A DNA stretch of 47,760 nucleotides from Welwitschia mirabilis (lineage: Eukaryota), in contig JBOZIK010000001.1 of NCBI GenBank assembly GCA_051453625.1, forward strand, positions 36,539,350 to 36,587,109, written 5' to 3'. Both the position numbers and the translations under genes were made by a program. Below the pieces are notes generated by a model. That model was not told the DNA's origin. It did no database searches and saw nothing but the letters and a program-made list of their open reading frames with translations. Each line of letters opens with the position of its first letter. Position 1 is the stretch's first letter. Shown piece by piece: positions 26,502 through 39,286 of the stretch.

Positions 26502-26588
26502 TCAGTTGTCTAGCAATCTAGATAGTTGACTGGCATCCCAAATCTTTATAATTCCATCATCGCTTGCAGAAGCTAGAATTTGAGTATC
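26502..26588 (-). CDS. CIA1: CIA1 last coding exon
   Basis: ttcag|DTQILASASDDGIIKIWDASQLSRLLDN*, with TGA at 26504-26502. LASASDDG..KIW is the CIA1 terminal WD repeat. Confidence 0.93.
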   Translation of the reverse strand, partial: DTQILASASDDGIIKIWDASQLSRLLDN

Positions 26589-26671
26589 CTGAATATTTAC
26601 AAAAATTGAAAACTATGAACATAAATATATATGAGAAAGATGAAATATTCATCCACACAAGACTAACTCAC

Positions 26672-26755
26672 ATAGGGATGCCATTGCACTGAGTTGACAT
26701 CCATCAGGTGAGCCTGTTCTTTCTTATTAATCAATTTGTATGAGGGGTGGCCAAC
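26672..26755 (-). CDS. CIA1: CIA1 coding exon
   Basis: tgcag|VGHPSYKLINKKEQAHLMDVNSVQWHPY|gtgag; 84 nt, phase 0-0. Confidence 0.93.
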
Positions 26756-28039
26756 CTGCAGATTCAGTTGTCTGTTATTGAAAGAAGCTGAAGCTCCATA
26801 ATAAACAAGGAAATCAAATGCTTTGCCTTACTGGCCTGTTTGAATATCTTGGAAGAAAGGAAAGATATGAGGTAAAATGCATGGAAAGATGAGATAGAAA
26901 GGTTGAAGAAAAGATAACATTCTGAGCCTTGCAGTACTCAAACCCTGAATCTAAAACCTATCTAATAGTTGCTGAAACATGAAGAACTGAACAAAAAGGA
27001 AAATGCTAGTTCTATTTTATACATGGCAATAAAAAGAACTATGCATATGAACGATGAAGCAGTCTTAAATTATAAGATTCTACCAAGTACCCATAGCTCT
27101 CTCTCAATTCTACTTATCCCTAAACAAACTTAATAATGCATACTTATGGAATAGAAATAAGGAAACAGAAAACCATAGAGGTCAGGTAAAGGAGCGTTTT
27201 TATTGTTACAAAAACTTCCACAAATCAAAATATCCAATTATTCATAAGTCACAAAACAGAGGGCTTTGCAAGGCTACAAGGCACAATTAGACCTCATCAT
27301 ATAACAAGGATGACACAGAAATACAGAAAGCAAATGGGGAAGCGTATAAATGTTCACGATTTGATTTATGATTTCATGGTTTGCTTAGGCAATTAATTGT
27401 CATTGGTACATGCTATTGTCAATGTCAATAACATCTCTCGTGTCTTGTTCATAGTCTTTCCTATAGGTGGCTTTTAGATTTTCAGTTTGGTTTTACACTC
27501 CTCGAATCTCAAGTCCAGGAAAATTTTGGTAGTTTTTAATTCCTCAGATGTTGATTTTCTACAAAATGTATTTTTAATTTTTTAATAATAGGCTTTATAT
27601 TTTATTCTTGTAAAATATAGACATGGTTTGTTTTATTTACCATAAACATTTTATTTACTGCCAAAGATTTATTCAGGATGAACTGATTTAATTTATATTA
27701 AATTTTATGAAATTTGTATGCATAGAGATGTTGTCCACATGCATCTAGTTTTATTTAATTTTATATGGGCACAATATAATTCTTTGAGTTGTTAACTTCA
27801 CTTGCCACGTAACGCTTTGTGTTAGATAAAATCGCAGTCAAGTTCCTTGCTTATTTTTCAAAAGACATTTATTTCAATGAGGAATATTTGATTCCCTATG
27901 ACGCCAACTTCATTGCTTATTCTTGATTTTCAAGATGTGTTAATTCCGGCTGTGGTAGTTTCCATGTTGCACATGATAAGACTCAAAGAGCCCATTCATG
28001 TTCTGTCACCTTTGCTCTAATGTGAAGCTCTAGTTTGGT

Positions 28040-30056
28040 TTTGCTTTTGGCATGTTTCACATAGACCATGATGTTCAAAGCTGAGCCTTTGAATGTCTGT
28101 TACAATATCTTTCATGATCAGCATCTTAAGATTATCATAGTTCACATGTCCAAGCATTTGACGCAAGAAGTTCTCATCCTTAACCTCACATTTTTTTTGT
28201 CCTCAAAAACAACTTTGTGACATTTATCGCAAATTTGACTTAGACTAAGTGCATTATGCTTTGAACCATTAACATATAATACCTCACTGGTTTTGGGCAA
28301 GTTACCTCCTCCAATGTTCCCCATGCCTTCAATCTTTGTCTTCTGTCATCCCCAAATGTAACTACTACTCCATCAAAGTTGTTCAAGGCTTCAAATCTTA
28401 AGTTATCCCTTGAGATGTGACTGGAACATCCAGTGTCTAGGTACCAACAAGCATTGCTCTTGACCTTGAGGTGAAAAAAGGAACTCTTCAAATTGTCAGC
28501 TTTAACCCATTTCAGCTGATCTACCTTTGGATAATAGGGTGTCTTAGGTACACACTTAAGTGGAGATGAATTATTCTTTGGAAAATAAACATGCTTCCTA
28601 CAAGGACAATCAATTTGGTATCTCCTTGTTTACATGAAAAATGATAAGGAAGTTTGCTTGCAACATATACCTTGATAAGCATCTTACTATGGAAGATTTA
28701 ATTGTTGTTGTTGTGCAAGAACTGTCATATCCAATGCCCTGATGTCAAATCTTGATCTTCCCATGCCAAGCAGTCTTGCAAGCTTTTCAAGCTTTTCAGA
28801 ACCATTCAAACACCTTTTTGAAGTCATTGAGGACTGATTTAGTTCTTCGCTTAGCCTCTCAGTTTCATCTTGAAGAGTTTTAAGGATTATGTCTAGTTGA
28901 TCTCTTCCAGAGGCAAGGCTCTTGACTTGGTTTCTAAGGTCATTTACTTTTTCTGCAAGTTTTTCACACTCTTGACACTCCAAGCATCCTTATTTCATAT
29001 CTTCAATAGTTGTCAACTATGTCAAAATTATCCTTTTCAGATGGCTGATCTTGATATATGGGTGTACTCGATGACACAAATGCCATAAAAGAGATTCTAA
29101 GACTTGACTCTATTTCACAATCTGAGATGATTTTCTCTTCTTCAATGTCATCATCATCCCAGGTTGCAACAAAAGCTTCTTTGTCTTTTTCTGGCCATTA
29201 TCTCTTTAGTGTTTGGACATTCCCTAGCCATGTGTCCAAAACTTTGGCAGGCATGGCATTGAATTTCTCATTGTTTGTTCACTGATTTATTGGAGCTACA
29301 GGCAGCTCTTCTACCTGACTTGCTTGTTTCTCTATTCCTCCTTTTTGAGAGGAATCTCTTGATCTTTCTTGCAATCAAGGCACTACATCTTCATCTATCT
29401 CTTCTCCTGACTGCTCACTTTCATCAAAAGGAGAAGCAATTTTCAAGGTTAGGATCTTCTTCCTGTTCTTTCCAAACTTAGTTCAAATGTTTGCAAGTTT
29501 CCTTATAGCTCATCGATTTCAATTTTGGACAGCTTTTGGATAAAAACCCTTAGTCAAGGATTTGAGTGTCTTCCTTCTCACTCTTGACTGTTCTATCTCC
29601 TCACCAAACCGTTGCATAGAATTCACCATATTTGTCAGTTTGGCAAAACCCTTGCAAGTTCTCTTCCTCACCCATCACAAGATCTTCAAATTGAGAAACC
29701 AACATCTGCAGCTAGGCTTGCTCGACGACATCTGTTCCTTCATGTGCAATCTACAAAATATCCCAAGCGTCTTTAGGTGTTTTGCAATTCAAAATGCTCT
29801 TAAATTCCTTAGCATTCACTGCAAGACATAAAGCATTCAAGCATGCAAGTTCAAGTTGGTAGCAATCTTCTCAGCTATAAACCATTTATTCTCGCATTCC
29901 CAGGAAATCACAATGTTCCCACTTGCATCCGTATAAGTGAGCGTGCATTTGGAATACCCATTGACAATATCAGAGTCAATGGACTAAAGGAAGATTCTCA
30001 TTCTAGCCTTCTAATAACCACAGTTGATTTCATCAAACAGTGGATGTCTAGACATT
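28040..30056 (-). pseudogene. SIRE-like copia gag-protease remnant (in CIA1 intron)
   Basis: MSRHPLFDEINCGY*KARMRIFL*SID from 30056, a zinc knuckle at ~29250, a coiled-coil ORF 28687-28983, WYLDTGCSSHISRD..VTFGD and LSLSQICDK. Confidence 0.88.
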
Positions 30057-30136
30057 AACTGATCTTCAGCTCTAGGATTCATTGCTAGGATTACTGAGTT
30101 TGAAACCATTATATCCCAAAAGGAGACTCAGCCTTA

Positions 30137-30876
30137 GCTCTAATGCCAGTTGAAACATAAGATAACCCTAGAAAGGGGGTGAACAGGGTTAAATATGTTA
30201 AAAAATCACATGAGCAACAAAGACAACCAGCCAGCAAAACACACAAACATATGTGATTTAGGCCCTTTCTACTCTACTTCCATGGAATGGTGCAAAACTC
30301 TCGTTACCAATGGCAATGTCAAGGACACAGGCCATCCTCAATACCTGGGCATCAACACTCAAGGACCAAGGTAAGCCAAAAAATCTTCCACCCTTGTCTC
30401 CCAACCAGGTACACATCCCCCTTTTTAAACAAACATTAGGGTTACAACCCTAATAGGATCGTTGGAATGAAGTGTTTTTGTGCTAATAATTTAATCAAAC
30501 ACTTATCCAGTAACTTCTCATCATGAAGAAAATGGTTGTTATGGAACCAGTGTGACCCTTCATGTAACCATCCAAAACATATAAAGACTCAAGATGATTG
30601 AATAAAGAAACATAGAAGACGAATTAAAGACAAGAAGAAGATATAATCCATAAGGAGGTGCTGTCCCAAACACAAAAACCATGCAAGTCTCATGACAAGT
30701 CCAAGCCTGGTAATCCATAAGGAGATGCAGTCCCAAGCATAGCACCTCAACATGTTTTGTGATTAGTCACAGTCCCATACCAAAAATCAAAGCATAATGA
30801 CTATTCATACGACACAATAAGTACAATACCAGCACCAAGCATGTCCAATGAATATGGTCAACACACAACAATTTCA
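30137..30876 (-). mobile_element. PBS and 5' LTR of the SIRE-like element
   Basis: Degenerate PBS complement gctctaatgcca at 30137-30148. LTR 30151-30876 has TGAAA...TTTCA termini and the SIRE-type end motif ccctagaaagggggtgaacaggg. Confidence 0.75.
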
Positions 30877-31063
30877 ACCATACATGGAAACAATATAAAT
30901 CCTGTGATATAATTCTTTAAATTAATTATCATTATTTGGTCTTATTATTAGCAAAACATAATTTATATTATATAATCTGAAATATTTGTACCATATTCTT
31001 ATCTATAAGGATCTCATTTCCTAATTCAACTAAAGGTGAACCTCAGTTAAGTTATTACATTTA

Positions 31064-34020
31064 TATCAGAGAAGCCTCACAAAACAAGATAACGAGAAGC
31101 AGTTTACTTAGAAAACCATAACAAGGATAACCTAACATTGAGCCCTTTTAATTAATTTCAGTAACTCCATACAAATGAATAATACAACATATGGGGCCCA
31201 CATACAGAATAGACTGTGTTATTACAAAAAATAACAGAGAAGACAATTAAAGATTTGACTTTATACTAACAATTCTCCCCTCAAAGGAAATTCTGTCCAG
31301 CCTTCAAAAAAGCAACAGATGCACTATTCAGATGCCCATTGCTTATGTTTATCCCCAGCTATTCCTTGTAGAAGTTGTGTTTCTCAACTTTTGTTGTTTC
31401 AATCATTGAATTAACCACATTCCTCTTAGTGTCAATTTTCTAAATATGTAGCAAGCTGTCCCCCGCCACTGCTCTCATAAAATAAAACTATATACATTTT
31501 CTCCTCCCATGATATACAGGGTTCTTGGCCAAGAAGTTGGCACTAGCTGTCACAATACACAATATATTCATAATGTTTAGGCCCAAGAGAACTTAGAAAA
31601 CCACGCAACCACAACATCTCCTTGCAAGCTTCAGACAATGCCACATATCATGCTTTAGTGGTGGGCAAAGTTACTAAAGGTTGTAGCCCTGATAATCAGC
31701 TTAGTGATTCACCTCCTAAAATAAAATTATAGCAACTCTTCTAGTGTCACAATCAGCAACAAAGTTAGCATTCACATAACGATGGACATTTAAATTTCCT
31801 CCACCTAAGCATAGACTTGTAAACTGTGTGCTGTTCAAGTATCTCAAAATCCACTTTGCAATCAACCAATTTTTCCAACAAAAATTGCTCATAAACATGC
31901 TAACAATGCTAAACATATGCAATATCAAGACAAGTAAATATGATGGCATAAATAAGCAACCCAACAGGTAACATATAAGGGACATATTTCAGCCTGAAAC
32001 TTTTCTTTTGAACTTGCAAAGTCATCTTCGGACAACTGAAAATGGGAAGCCAAAGGGGTTTTCATAAATTTGGTATTTCGCATGACAAAACACTCCAAAA
32101 CGTTTTCCTAAGTAATCAAACTTGTCTTAGCCATAGCTTCCTCATGCTTCTATTCCTAAAGATTTTCATGCCAAGAATTTTTTTTCTGCTCCCAAATCTT
32201 TCATGGCAAATTGCTTACTCATTTCAACCTTAATCTATTAATTCGACTGCTTCATTTTAAGCAATCAGCATCTCATCATTATACAATGAAAAGATGCAAA
32301 ACTTAACTCCAAGTTACAAAAATAAATATACACAGTGATCAAAACTACATCTATTATATTGTTGGGTTCTCATGAATGCATTAAACTTCTTCTACCACTG
32401 TCTAGGAGTGTGTTTCAGTTGAAACATGTTTTTTTTTACATTCTGCATACATACTTGGGGTCTTTAACATGCACAAAACCTTTAGGCTAATACATATTAT
32501 CTTTTCTTCAAGATCCCCATGCAAGAAGGCTGCTTTCACATCTAGCTGTTCCAATTCCTGATCTAAACAAGTTATCAAAACCAGAACAGTTCTGATAAAA
32601 AAGTATTATACGACTAGTGAAAATATTTTAATAAAATCCATACTTGGTTTTTGTGCAAAACCTTTCACCACTTGCATTCCTTGGTATGCCTTTAAATCAC
32701 CTGAATCTATTTTATTCTGTACACAGACTTGCTAGACCAGACCTTCCTTTCCTTTGGCAAGCGCCCAAGATTCTAACTCTAACTCTTGATGTAGGGATCT
32801 CCATTCTTCAACCATAGCATTTTCCCATTTTCCAGCATTACATGAGGACCTTGCTTATGCAAAAGTTTGAGGTTCTGTACCATCCATAAGCAAAACATGT
32901 GCAAAGAAGGAGCATACATTTTCGACTGTCTTCTAACATAAGTAGACATCTTGACCAATGTGGAGGAGTTTCATTAGAAAGCTGATTTTCTTCATCACCA
33001 TCTTCTTCACCTTCTTCATTCTCGTCATCAAAGGGAGAGATAGGATCTTCAAGAGCAACAAGGGGTATACTCCCCACCATTATCAGCTGACAACTTTTTC
33101 ACCTTTAAGCTTGTCTACTTGTGCTATAAACTATTTCAAAATGTTTAACACCATACCCCTAGATTTCAAAGGACAAGCCCAAGCCTTACGACTGTAAGCA
33201 TCAACAAATGACACAAGGTACTCAGAACTAATAAGAGATGCAAGATTAGTAGGGCCAATAATATCCACTAAATCAATTCTAATCTGTTCGTACTTCTATC
33301 ATATTCACATCTGAAATTCTCTCTGTGTGTCCTCCTCTGCATTCCTTGCAAAAATCAAAAACAGCAAAGAAACAAAACTATATTTCAAGGTCTGAAGAAC
33401 CTTCAAGGATAGCTATCCAACACTCATCCTGCGATGCCAAAGATTTTAATCTTCATGTTGAAAATATAAGTGGGTGTTCTCCCACATTGATAAAATAGAA
33501 GGCCTTGAACATAAATATAAAGCTTGTGAATCACTCCACCTAAGGCCAATTGGTTTTAGGTTGGAACCTCACTTGCTTTATATGTGCTCGGGCCAAATTA
33601 TGAAATTTATCACTTCAACTATAACAACAACTTCATTGTGTCCTTTATCAACAAATGCGTGTAATATACACATGAAGCCTTCCTCAGTTCCACTCAAAAA
33701 TGTCAAGACCTCCTTGCTGATTCTCCACATTCTATTATTTCAACAGAATTGTGCGAATCCCTTTATCTTGCGTTGCCTATTGTCAACAGCACACACAGTA
33801 CCAGTGCAATTACCGTAAGCGACAAGACAATAACATGTACAATCCCAACGTATATGGAACGAAGCGCTGCTATCCAATCCAAACATAATCAACAAAATTA
33901 TCAAAAACATTAACTTGCAAGTCCAAACAAATAAATGTCAAACCTGCTTCCCCATCAATTTGATTCAAGCCACCTGTTTCTTTAGACTTCTTCTTAGATG
34001 CCTGCTTTTCTTTGCATGTC
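31064..34020 (-). mobile_element. Internally deleted Tork-like copia element with short 3' LTR
   Basis: LTR edge ctaaca at 31271 plus PPT complement attctcccctc. RNase H, RT (AKWILRYL, LDVKAAFLHGDLEE), integrase start VSFVDAYSRKAW (~33220) and protease LDSSASFHI (~33875). Most of the integrase core is missing. Confidence 0.85.
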
Positions 34021-34125
34021 TTTAAGGCTCAATAGGTTCTCATCCATTAAGGCATAAAAAAGGTAAGGTTTTTATTCTTATTCTAGTTTAAACAATGCTT
34101 CATGGTATTGGTAGCATTATTGGCA

Positions 34126-34396
34126 TGTTGACTTGGAGTCATGGACCAATGACCACGATATCTCATGTACTAATTCGATACATGTTTACATTGTTGGGCC
34201 CTCTACCATCACACCAAAAGCCATAACTTAGGTGGAAACTAGCACCCTTTATATTTACCCATTTGTCAGGCTAGGCATGTGGAGTGCATACCCAACAATT
34301 TCCCCCTCGATCCACATGCCAAGTGCTCACATGAACCAGGAAGCCACCGGGGAGACTCGAACCCGAGACTAACCAACAACCATGGCTCTGATACCA
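34126..34396 (-). mobile_element. TRIM-like unit: 172 bp LTR, PPT, ~80 bp internal region, PBS
   Basis: LTR TGTTG(34126)...CAACA(34297); PPT complement atttccccct; internal gagactcgaacccgagac (B-box/T-loop-like on the minus strand); perfect PBS complement gctctgatacca at 34385-34396. Confidence 0.8.
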
Positions 34397-34398
34397 GT

Positions 34399-35411
34399 TG
34401 TTAGAAAAATGCAGTAGAGCGAAAGCAAAATGCAAACATCAACACACCAAATTTACGTGGAAAACCCCAATATGGGGNNNNNNNNNNNNNNNNNNNNNNN
34501 NNNNNNNNNNNNNNNNNNNNNNNNNNNNNNNNNNNNNNNNNNNNNNNNNNNNNNNNNNNNNNNNNNNNNNNNNNNNNNNNNNNNNNNNNNNNNNNNNNNN
34601 NNNNNNNNNNNNNNNNNNNNNNNNNNNNNNNNNNNNNNNNNNNNNNNNNNNNNNNNNNNNNNNNNNNNNNNNNNNNNNNNNNNNNNNNNNNNNNNNNNNN
34701 NNNNNNNNNNNNNNNNNNNNNNNNNNNNNNNNNNNNNNNNNNNNNNNNNNNNNNNNNNNNNNNNNNNNNNNNNNNNNNNNNNNNNNNNNNNNNNNNNNNN
34801 NNNNNNNNNNNNNNNNNNNNNNNNNNNNNNNNNNNNNNNNNNNNNNNNNNNNNNNNNNNNNNNNNNNNNNNNNNNNNNNNNNNNNNNNNNNNNNNNNNNN
34901 NNNNNNNNNNNNNNNNNNNNNNNNNNNNNNNNNNNNNNNNNNNNNNNNNNNNNNNNNNNNNNNNNNNNNNNNNNNNNNNNNNNNNNNNNNNNNNNNNNNN
35001 NNNNNNNNNNNNNNNNNNNNNNNNNNNNNNNNNNNNNNNNNNNNNNNNNNNNNNNNNNNNNNNNNNNNNNNNNNNNNNNNNNNNNNNNNNNNNNNNNNNN
35101 NNNNNNNNNNNNNNNNNNNNNNNNNNNNNNNNNNNNNNNNNNNNNNNNNNNNNNNNNNNNNNNNNNNNNNNNNNNNNNNNNNNNNNNNNNNNNNNNNNNN
35201 NNNNNNNNNNNNNNNNNNNNNNNNNNNNNNNNNATAGATTTTCTTTTAGGGTAGAAACCCTAACCCTAACTTTTAGAACTTTCTAGATGACCCCATTAGA
35301 CTTCCCTTCTCCGTTTAATATTAAATTACAACAAAAAGGCGACTAAAAATATACAAAGTCAAAGCTACAAAGGAATAAATAACACCAAAAGATTTGGCTT
35401 CACTTCTAACA
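34399..35411 (-). mobile_element. Tork-like copia LTR spanning an N gap
   Basis: TGTTAGAA(34399)...TTCTAACA(35411) 8 bp inverted termini and an atttacgtggaaaaccc motif. The interior is mostly Ns. Confidence 0.65.
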
Positions 35412-35695
35412 TACATATGCAATAGCTCAACAGCTCATGATTTTAGAAGCATAGATGGTAGCACAGGTTTATTAAGTAAGGCTTTGTGTCAGGACATTTC
35501 TTGATGGAGCTTGATCTTAAAGAGATGTTAATGATTAGGAACAATCAGGAAACAAATGAGTGACCACCCAATGTTTGACTCACATTCAGTTGTTGTTTCA
35601 CATGATTGATTTCAATCCACGTGCATCATATATATGTTCTTGATAGTATTTCTAGTAGCATGAAATACCATCATTATGTCTCATAAACATGGGAT

Positions 35696-36861
35696 TAAAT
35701 GTTTGTGTGATATGTTGATTAAACAAACAAGCGTACAATACAATCATCTGGAGAATGAGTAGACTTAATCTGCTGATAAGGACAATGATGCAACACCATG
35801 GCTAATGATTTGATAAGTCATTAGTTCATTCTTTGTATGTGTTGTCTTCAATGTTATACATCAATTATTCTCATACATGTTTTATATAATGAAGTGTGTT
35901 TGAGGAATGTTTTAGAAGTTGTAATGTGTGCAAGGGCTTATTAGTATTATTGCCATTGCTGTCACTGGTGTCTAAATTTGATTAATAACAAGGCAAATAA
36001 TTCTGAAATCCTAAATCTAATATGGTGGTGCAGTTTGGTTCTACCAGATGTTTTATTTTTGTTGGCTCCTTTACATCAGGTCGACCAGTGTACCAGAGAG
36101 TGCAACTCACTTAGTTACACTTTTCTTCAGAGAAGGGCCACTGCTTTTCTATGCAGATGACCACATATGTCATTGGGCCAATTGAGTGCTGGAAGCAGCT
36201 GACCAGCCTATTAAGACTATCTGAACTAAGGGCCTTCAAGTCCACCAAACAGGAGTTGAGGGTGACCTGAAAGGACTGAACAGTCAAAATTTTTAAGTTG
36301 TTTCAAAACTAAAGGGGAGTCCAATTAGAGATCTGCAAGATTCAGTTAGAAGATCCAGATTCAGTTAGAAAATCAACAAAGCTTTTGAAAATCAATCATT
36401 CAATCTCTCTTGCTAAACAAAAATATCGGCTCCAATTCTTCTAAGGCTATTGTCTTGTGCTCTCATTGTAAAATCATTCTTCAACTGATTTGATTTGTTC
36501 CATTAGCCTACTAGAGGCATTCCTCAGATCATCAAGGAATGAACATAAGCTCTTACACGCATAGATCATTCAACAAAGTTGCTTCCACTAGGGTTGTTGG
36601 TTTGGCCTCAAAATCCATGGTTATAAAAGATTAATGGAGAGCCTGAAAACCATTGAGAGATAATTGAATCCATCCTAAGTCACACTGACTTGAGGTTGAA
36701 GAGTGGACTCGATTGCACACTGTACCTGAACCACTTAAAAATTTGGTTGTGCTTTTAGTGATTGTTTTTATGTAAAGAATTTTCTTTCCAAATAAATTAA
36801 ATTTTGTAGGATAAATTTTATAAATCCTATTCACCACCCTCTAGGTTTGATCCTCTTATCA
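35696..36861 (+). mobile_element. SIRE-like solo LTR with 5 bp TSD
   Basis: Ends cctattcaccaccctctagg...ttatCA. Flanked by GGGAT at 35691-35695 and 36862-36866. The 5' end reads TA rather than TG. Confidence 0.7.
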
Positions 36862-37299
36862 GGGATATGTATTCAAGGCACACTTGGCACACCCCTCAAA
36901 GTCTTGGGTGTGAATCACAAGAAAGATTTAGACATTTTGAGGCTAGCTCCCAGGTTGGAAAGGGCCATCCATGTGTTTTCATCTACTCAAGCAAATCAAT
37001 GACTCTAGCAAGTCCAAAATGATTTCCTGTGCGTCAATTCCTTACAAAAAATAAAAAATAAAGTAATAATTAGAAGGTAGGTAATGAAAACTAATAATGT
37101 TAGTAAGAAGAGATAATAGTAACCATGTGACTAATGAATTGTGCTAACAATATGGATGAAGGATAGGTGAATATAAGGGAATGACAATAAAGGTGGATTT
37201 TCGTGATAGAAGTAATGGATGATGGTTGATATGAAAGTGAATCTGGAGATACCCCTAGTGCATCTATCCTTTTTGGTAGGAGGATTGATAGTCCATTTC

Positions 37300-38050
37300 T
37301 CTCCGTTGAGCCTAGTAGGAGAGGAATGAATCAGAATGCCTAAGAAGTTAAGAGCTCCTTCCATCTTCTGGTCATGATGCCTTCATGAATATTGAGTTAG
37401 CATCAGTTCTATCTTCTCTGATTAGGTCCTTATATTCGTTAGATTGATTTCTTACTTGATCTCCTTTGACTTTAGGGCTATAAAGGAACATGAAGTCTAT
37501 TGGATTATTTGCGTTTAGATCATACCAAGATTGATTCTTGGATACTGTATCATTAGACTAACATTGATTCTTGGATGCTGTATCATTAGACTAACTGATG
37601 GGACTACCTTGGATTTTATGATGCAGTATGATTTGTTCAATCCTTAAATTGCATAAAAGGAATATCTTTCTTTCTACATCGAGATGCTGAGATCAGATAC
37701 ATCTTTCTGGTCATACGTTAGAGGTACTTTAATGTTCATTTTTGCTGCATAAGGTGATCTGCAACATCCAACATTTCAGGATTAACTTATTCTCTTCAAT
37801 GATGTTATCTAGTTTGGTTCACATACCCATGATTCTGGAGCTGATTTTTGTCAATTTGGAACTTNNNNNNNNNATAACTCTTTTGACGTTCTCCTTCACT
37901 GAGAAAACATTTCAGATTTGGTACCTAGATGGATTCGAACATACTCCTGCACAATCTGTTCTCATTATTCATTGTATTCTTTCTTCCAAATGTACATCCC
38001 TATGGTTAAATGGCATGACAAGACTCATATTTTAAGCTCAGTTAGTACTT
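37300..38050 (-). pseudogene. Highly decayed CRM-like gypsy integrase C-terminus
   Basis: Minus-strand fragments VQEYVRIH (cf. EVVRLHG), KERY (cf. KERFP), RIN, a purine run followed by TGATG near 37405, and EGIMTR..MEGALNFL (cf. CR motif GPMTR..EALN). Confidence 0.45.
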
Positions 38051-38183
38051 CAAACCAAGCACTCCTTATAATGTCAGCCTTGAATTATGCTTCATGTAGA
38101 TTAATCATTTATTACATTTAATACATATCCTTATTTCATGCATTTGCACATGTATTCTTATGATGGACGAAGCAACAACACAC

Positions 38184-38262
38184 CATGTTCGCAGAATCAT
38201 CTTTGTCCTCGAAGAAAACCCTGATGCAATCATCAGCTGATCCACTCACAATGAGACCACTC
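38184..38262 (-). CDS. CIA1: CIA1 coding exon
   Basis: tgcag|G SGLIVSGSADDCIRVFFEDKDDSANM|gtgtgt; 79 nt, phase 2-0. Confidence 0.9.
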
Positions 38263-38525
38263 CTGCAATACATAAAGATGTGAACAGTTTACATTCTCCT
38301 TGACTTCTCATAAAAATACTTGTCCACTATCTATATTGTTTATAAGAAAATTCTTCAAGATGATATGCTTAATTAATTGTATTGCCAAATCAAATCCTAT
38401 CCCAGCATACCAGCAGACTCATTTTGAATTGAAAAAATCATAATGTTAAAAAAAAAGTCACCAAGAACTAGCAATGGAAAAGTAAATTAAAAAGGATAAC
38501 CAAGAAATAGTAGGCAACATCTTAC

Positions 38526-38588
38526 TTAGACCAATGAACTGAGAATACTGTTCGGTTGTGATATCCAGAAATCGTGCAGAGTTGCTTC
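38526..38588 (-). CDS. CIA1: CIA1 coding exon
   Basis: tatag|G KQLCTISGYHNRTVFSVHWS AA|gtaag; 63 nt, phase 2-2. Confidence 0.93.
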   Translation of the reverse strand, partial: EATLHDFWISQPNSILSSLV

Positions 38589-39214
38589 CTATATACACAT
38601 GTCAAGGATTAACAGTGAAGCAGCTATTGATTACAAAATATTTTTACAGAAAAACCCATGCATTAAGAAACTGGCACTGTGCATGATAAGAGATTCATAA
38701 TTCATAATTTGCTGATACTAGTTTGCACAACATTCTAGTATCATAACATATTATTTTTTCATGAATTAAAATAATAGAAATTCAAAAAGACAAATTGGGT
38801 GGATAACACAGCTAAAGAAAATACTGTTTCAACAATTTTCAGATTAACATTCATTTCCTAATCTACCATATATCTACAATAGAGAAATCCAAAACTCAAT
38901 CATGCACGACATAAGTAAATTCACGGCATTGACAAATGATCATTGATGTAACATAATTGCTCCTATTGTAGCCAGCACGTTTTATTAACGTTTCATAAAC
39001 ATTGACAGGACCCATCCCCCCTGTGGACTGATTGAGTTCCTCTTTTCCATCAAGCACAAACATGCTGGATAGATGCAATACACCAATAAGGCTACAATGC
39101 TGAGATTACGAAGACATTGGATTCATGACAATCATATATAAACCAGACCATCCGATTATAGTTAAAATACCACAAATTAACATAAGCAAGAAAAGGAAAA
39201 ACATAAATGCTCAC

Positions 39215-39286
39215 CAAGGATCAGACACTTCACACTTGTCTGTCGGATCAACAGATGTGTCCCAAACAATCAATGTTAAGTCATCA
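39215..39286 (-). CDS. CIA1: CIA1 coding exon
   Basis: tgcag|T DDLTLIVWDTSVDPTDKCEVSDP TG|gtgag; 72 nt, phase 2-2. Confidence 0.92.

Noticed and set aside
34345..34375. tRNA gene candidate
   Set aside because: Only a T-loop-like motif with an imperfect stem, within the TRIM internal region.
35256..35270. Telomere-like (ccctaa)n motifs, also at 5181 and 10141
   Set aside because: Only about two units; common in plant LTRs and not interstitial telomere arrays.
37529..37595. Short local tandem duplications (also ~1796, ~16836, ~23566, ~36340)
   Set aside because: Ordinary slippage or repair duplications in decaying TE DNA.
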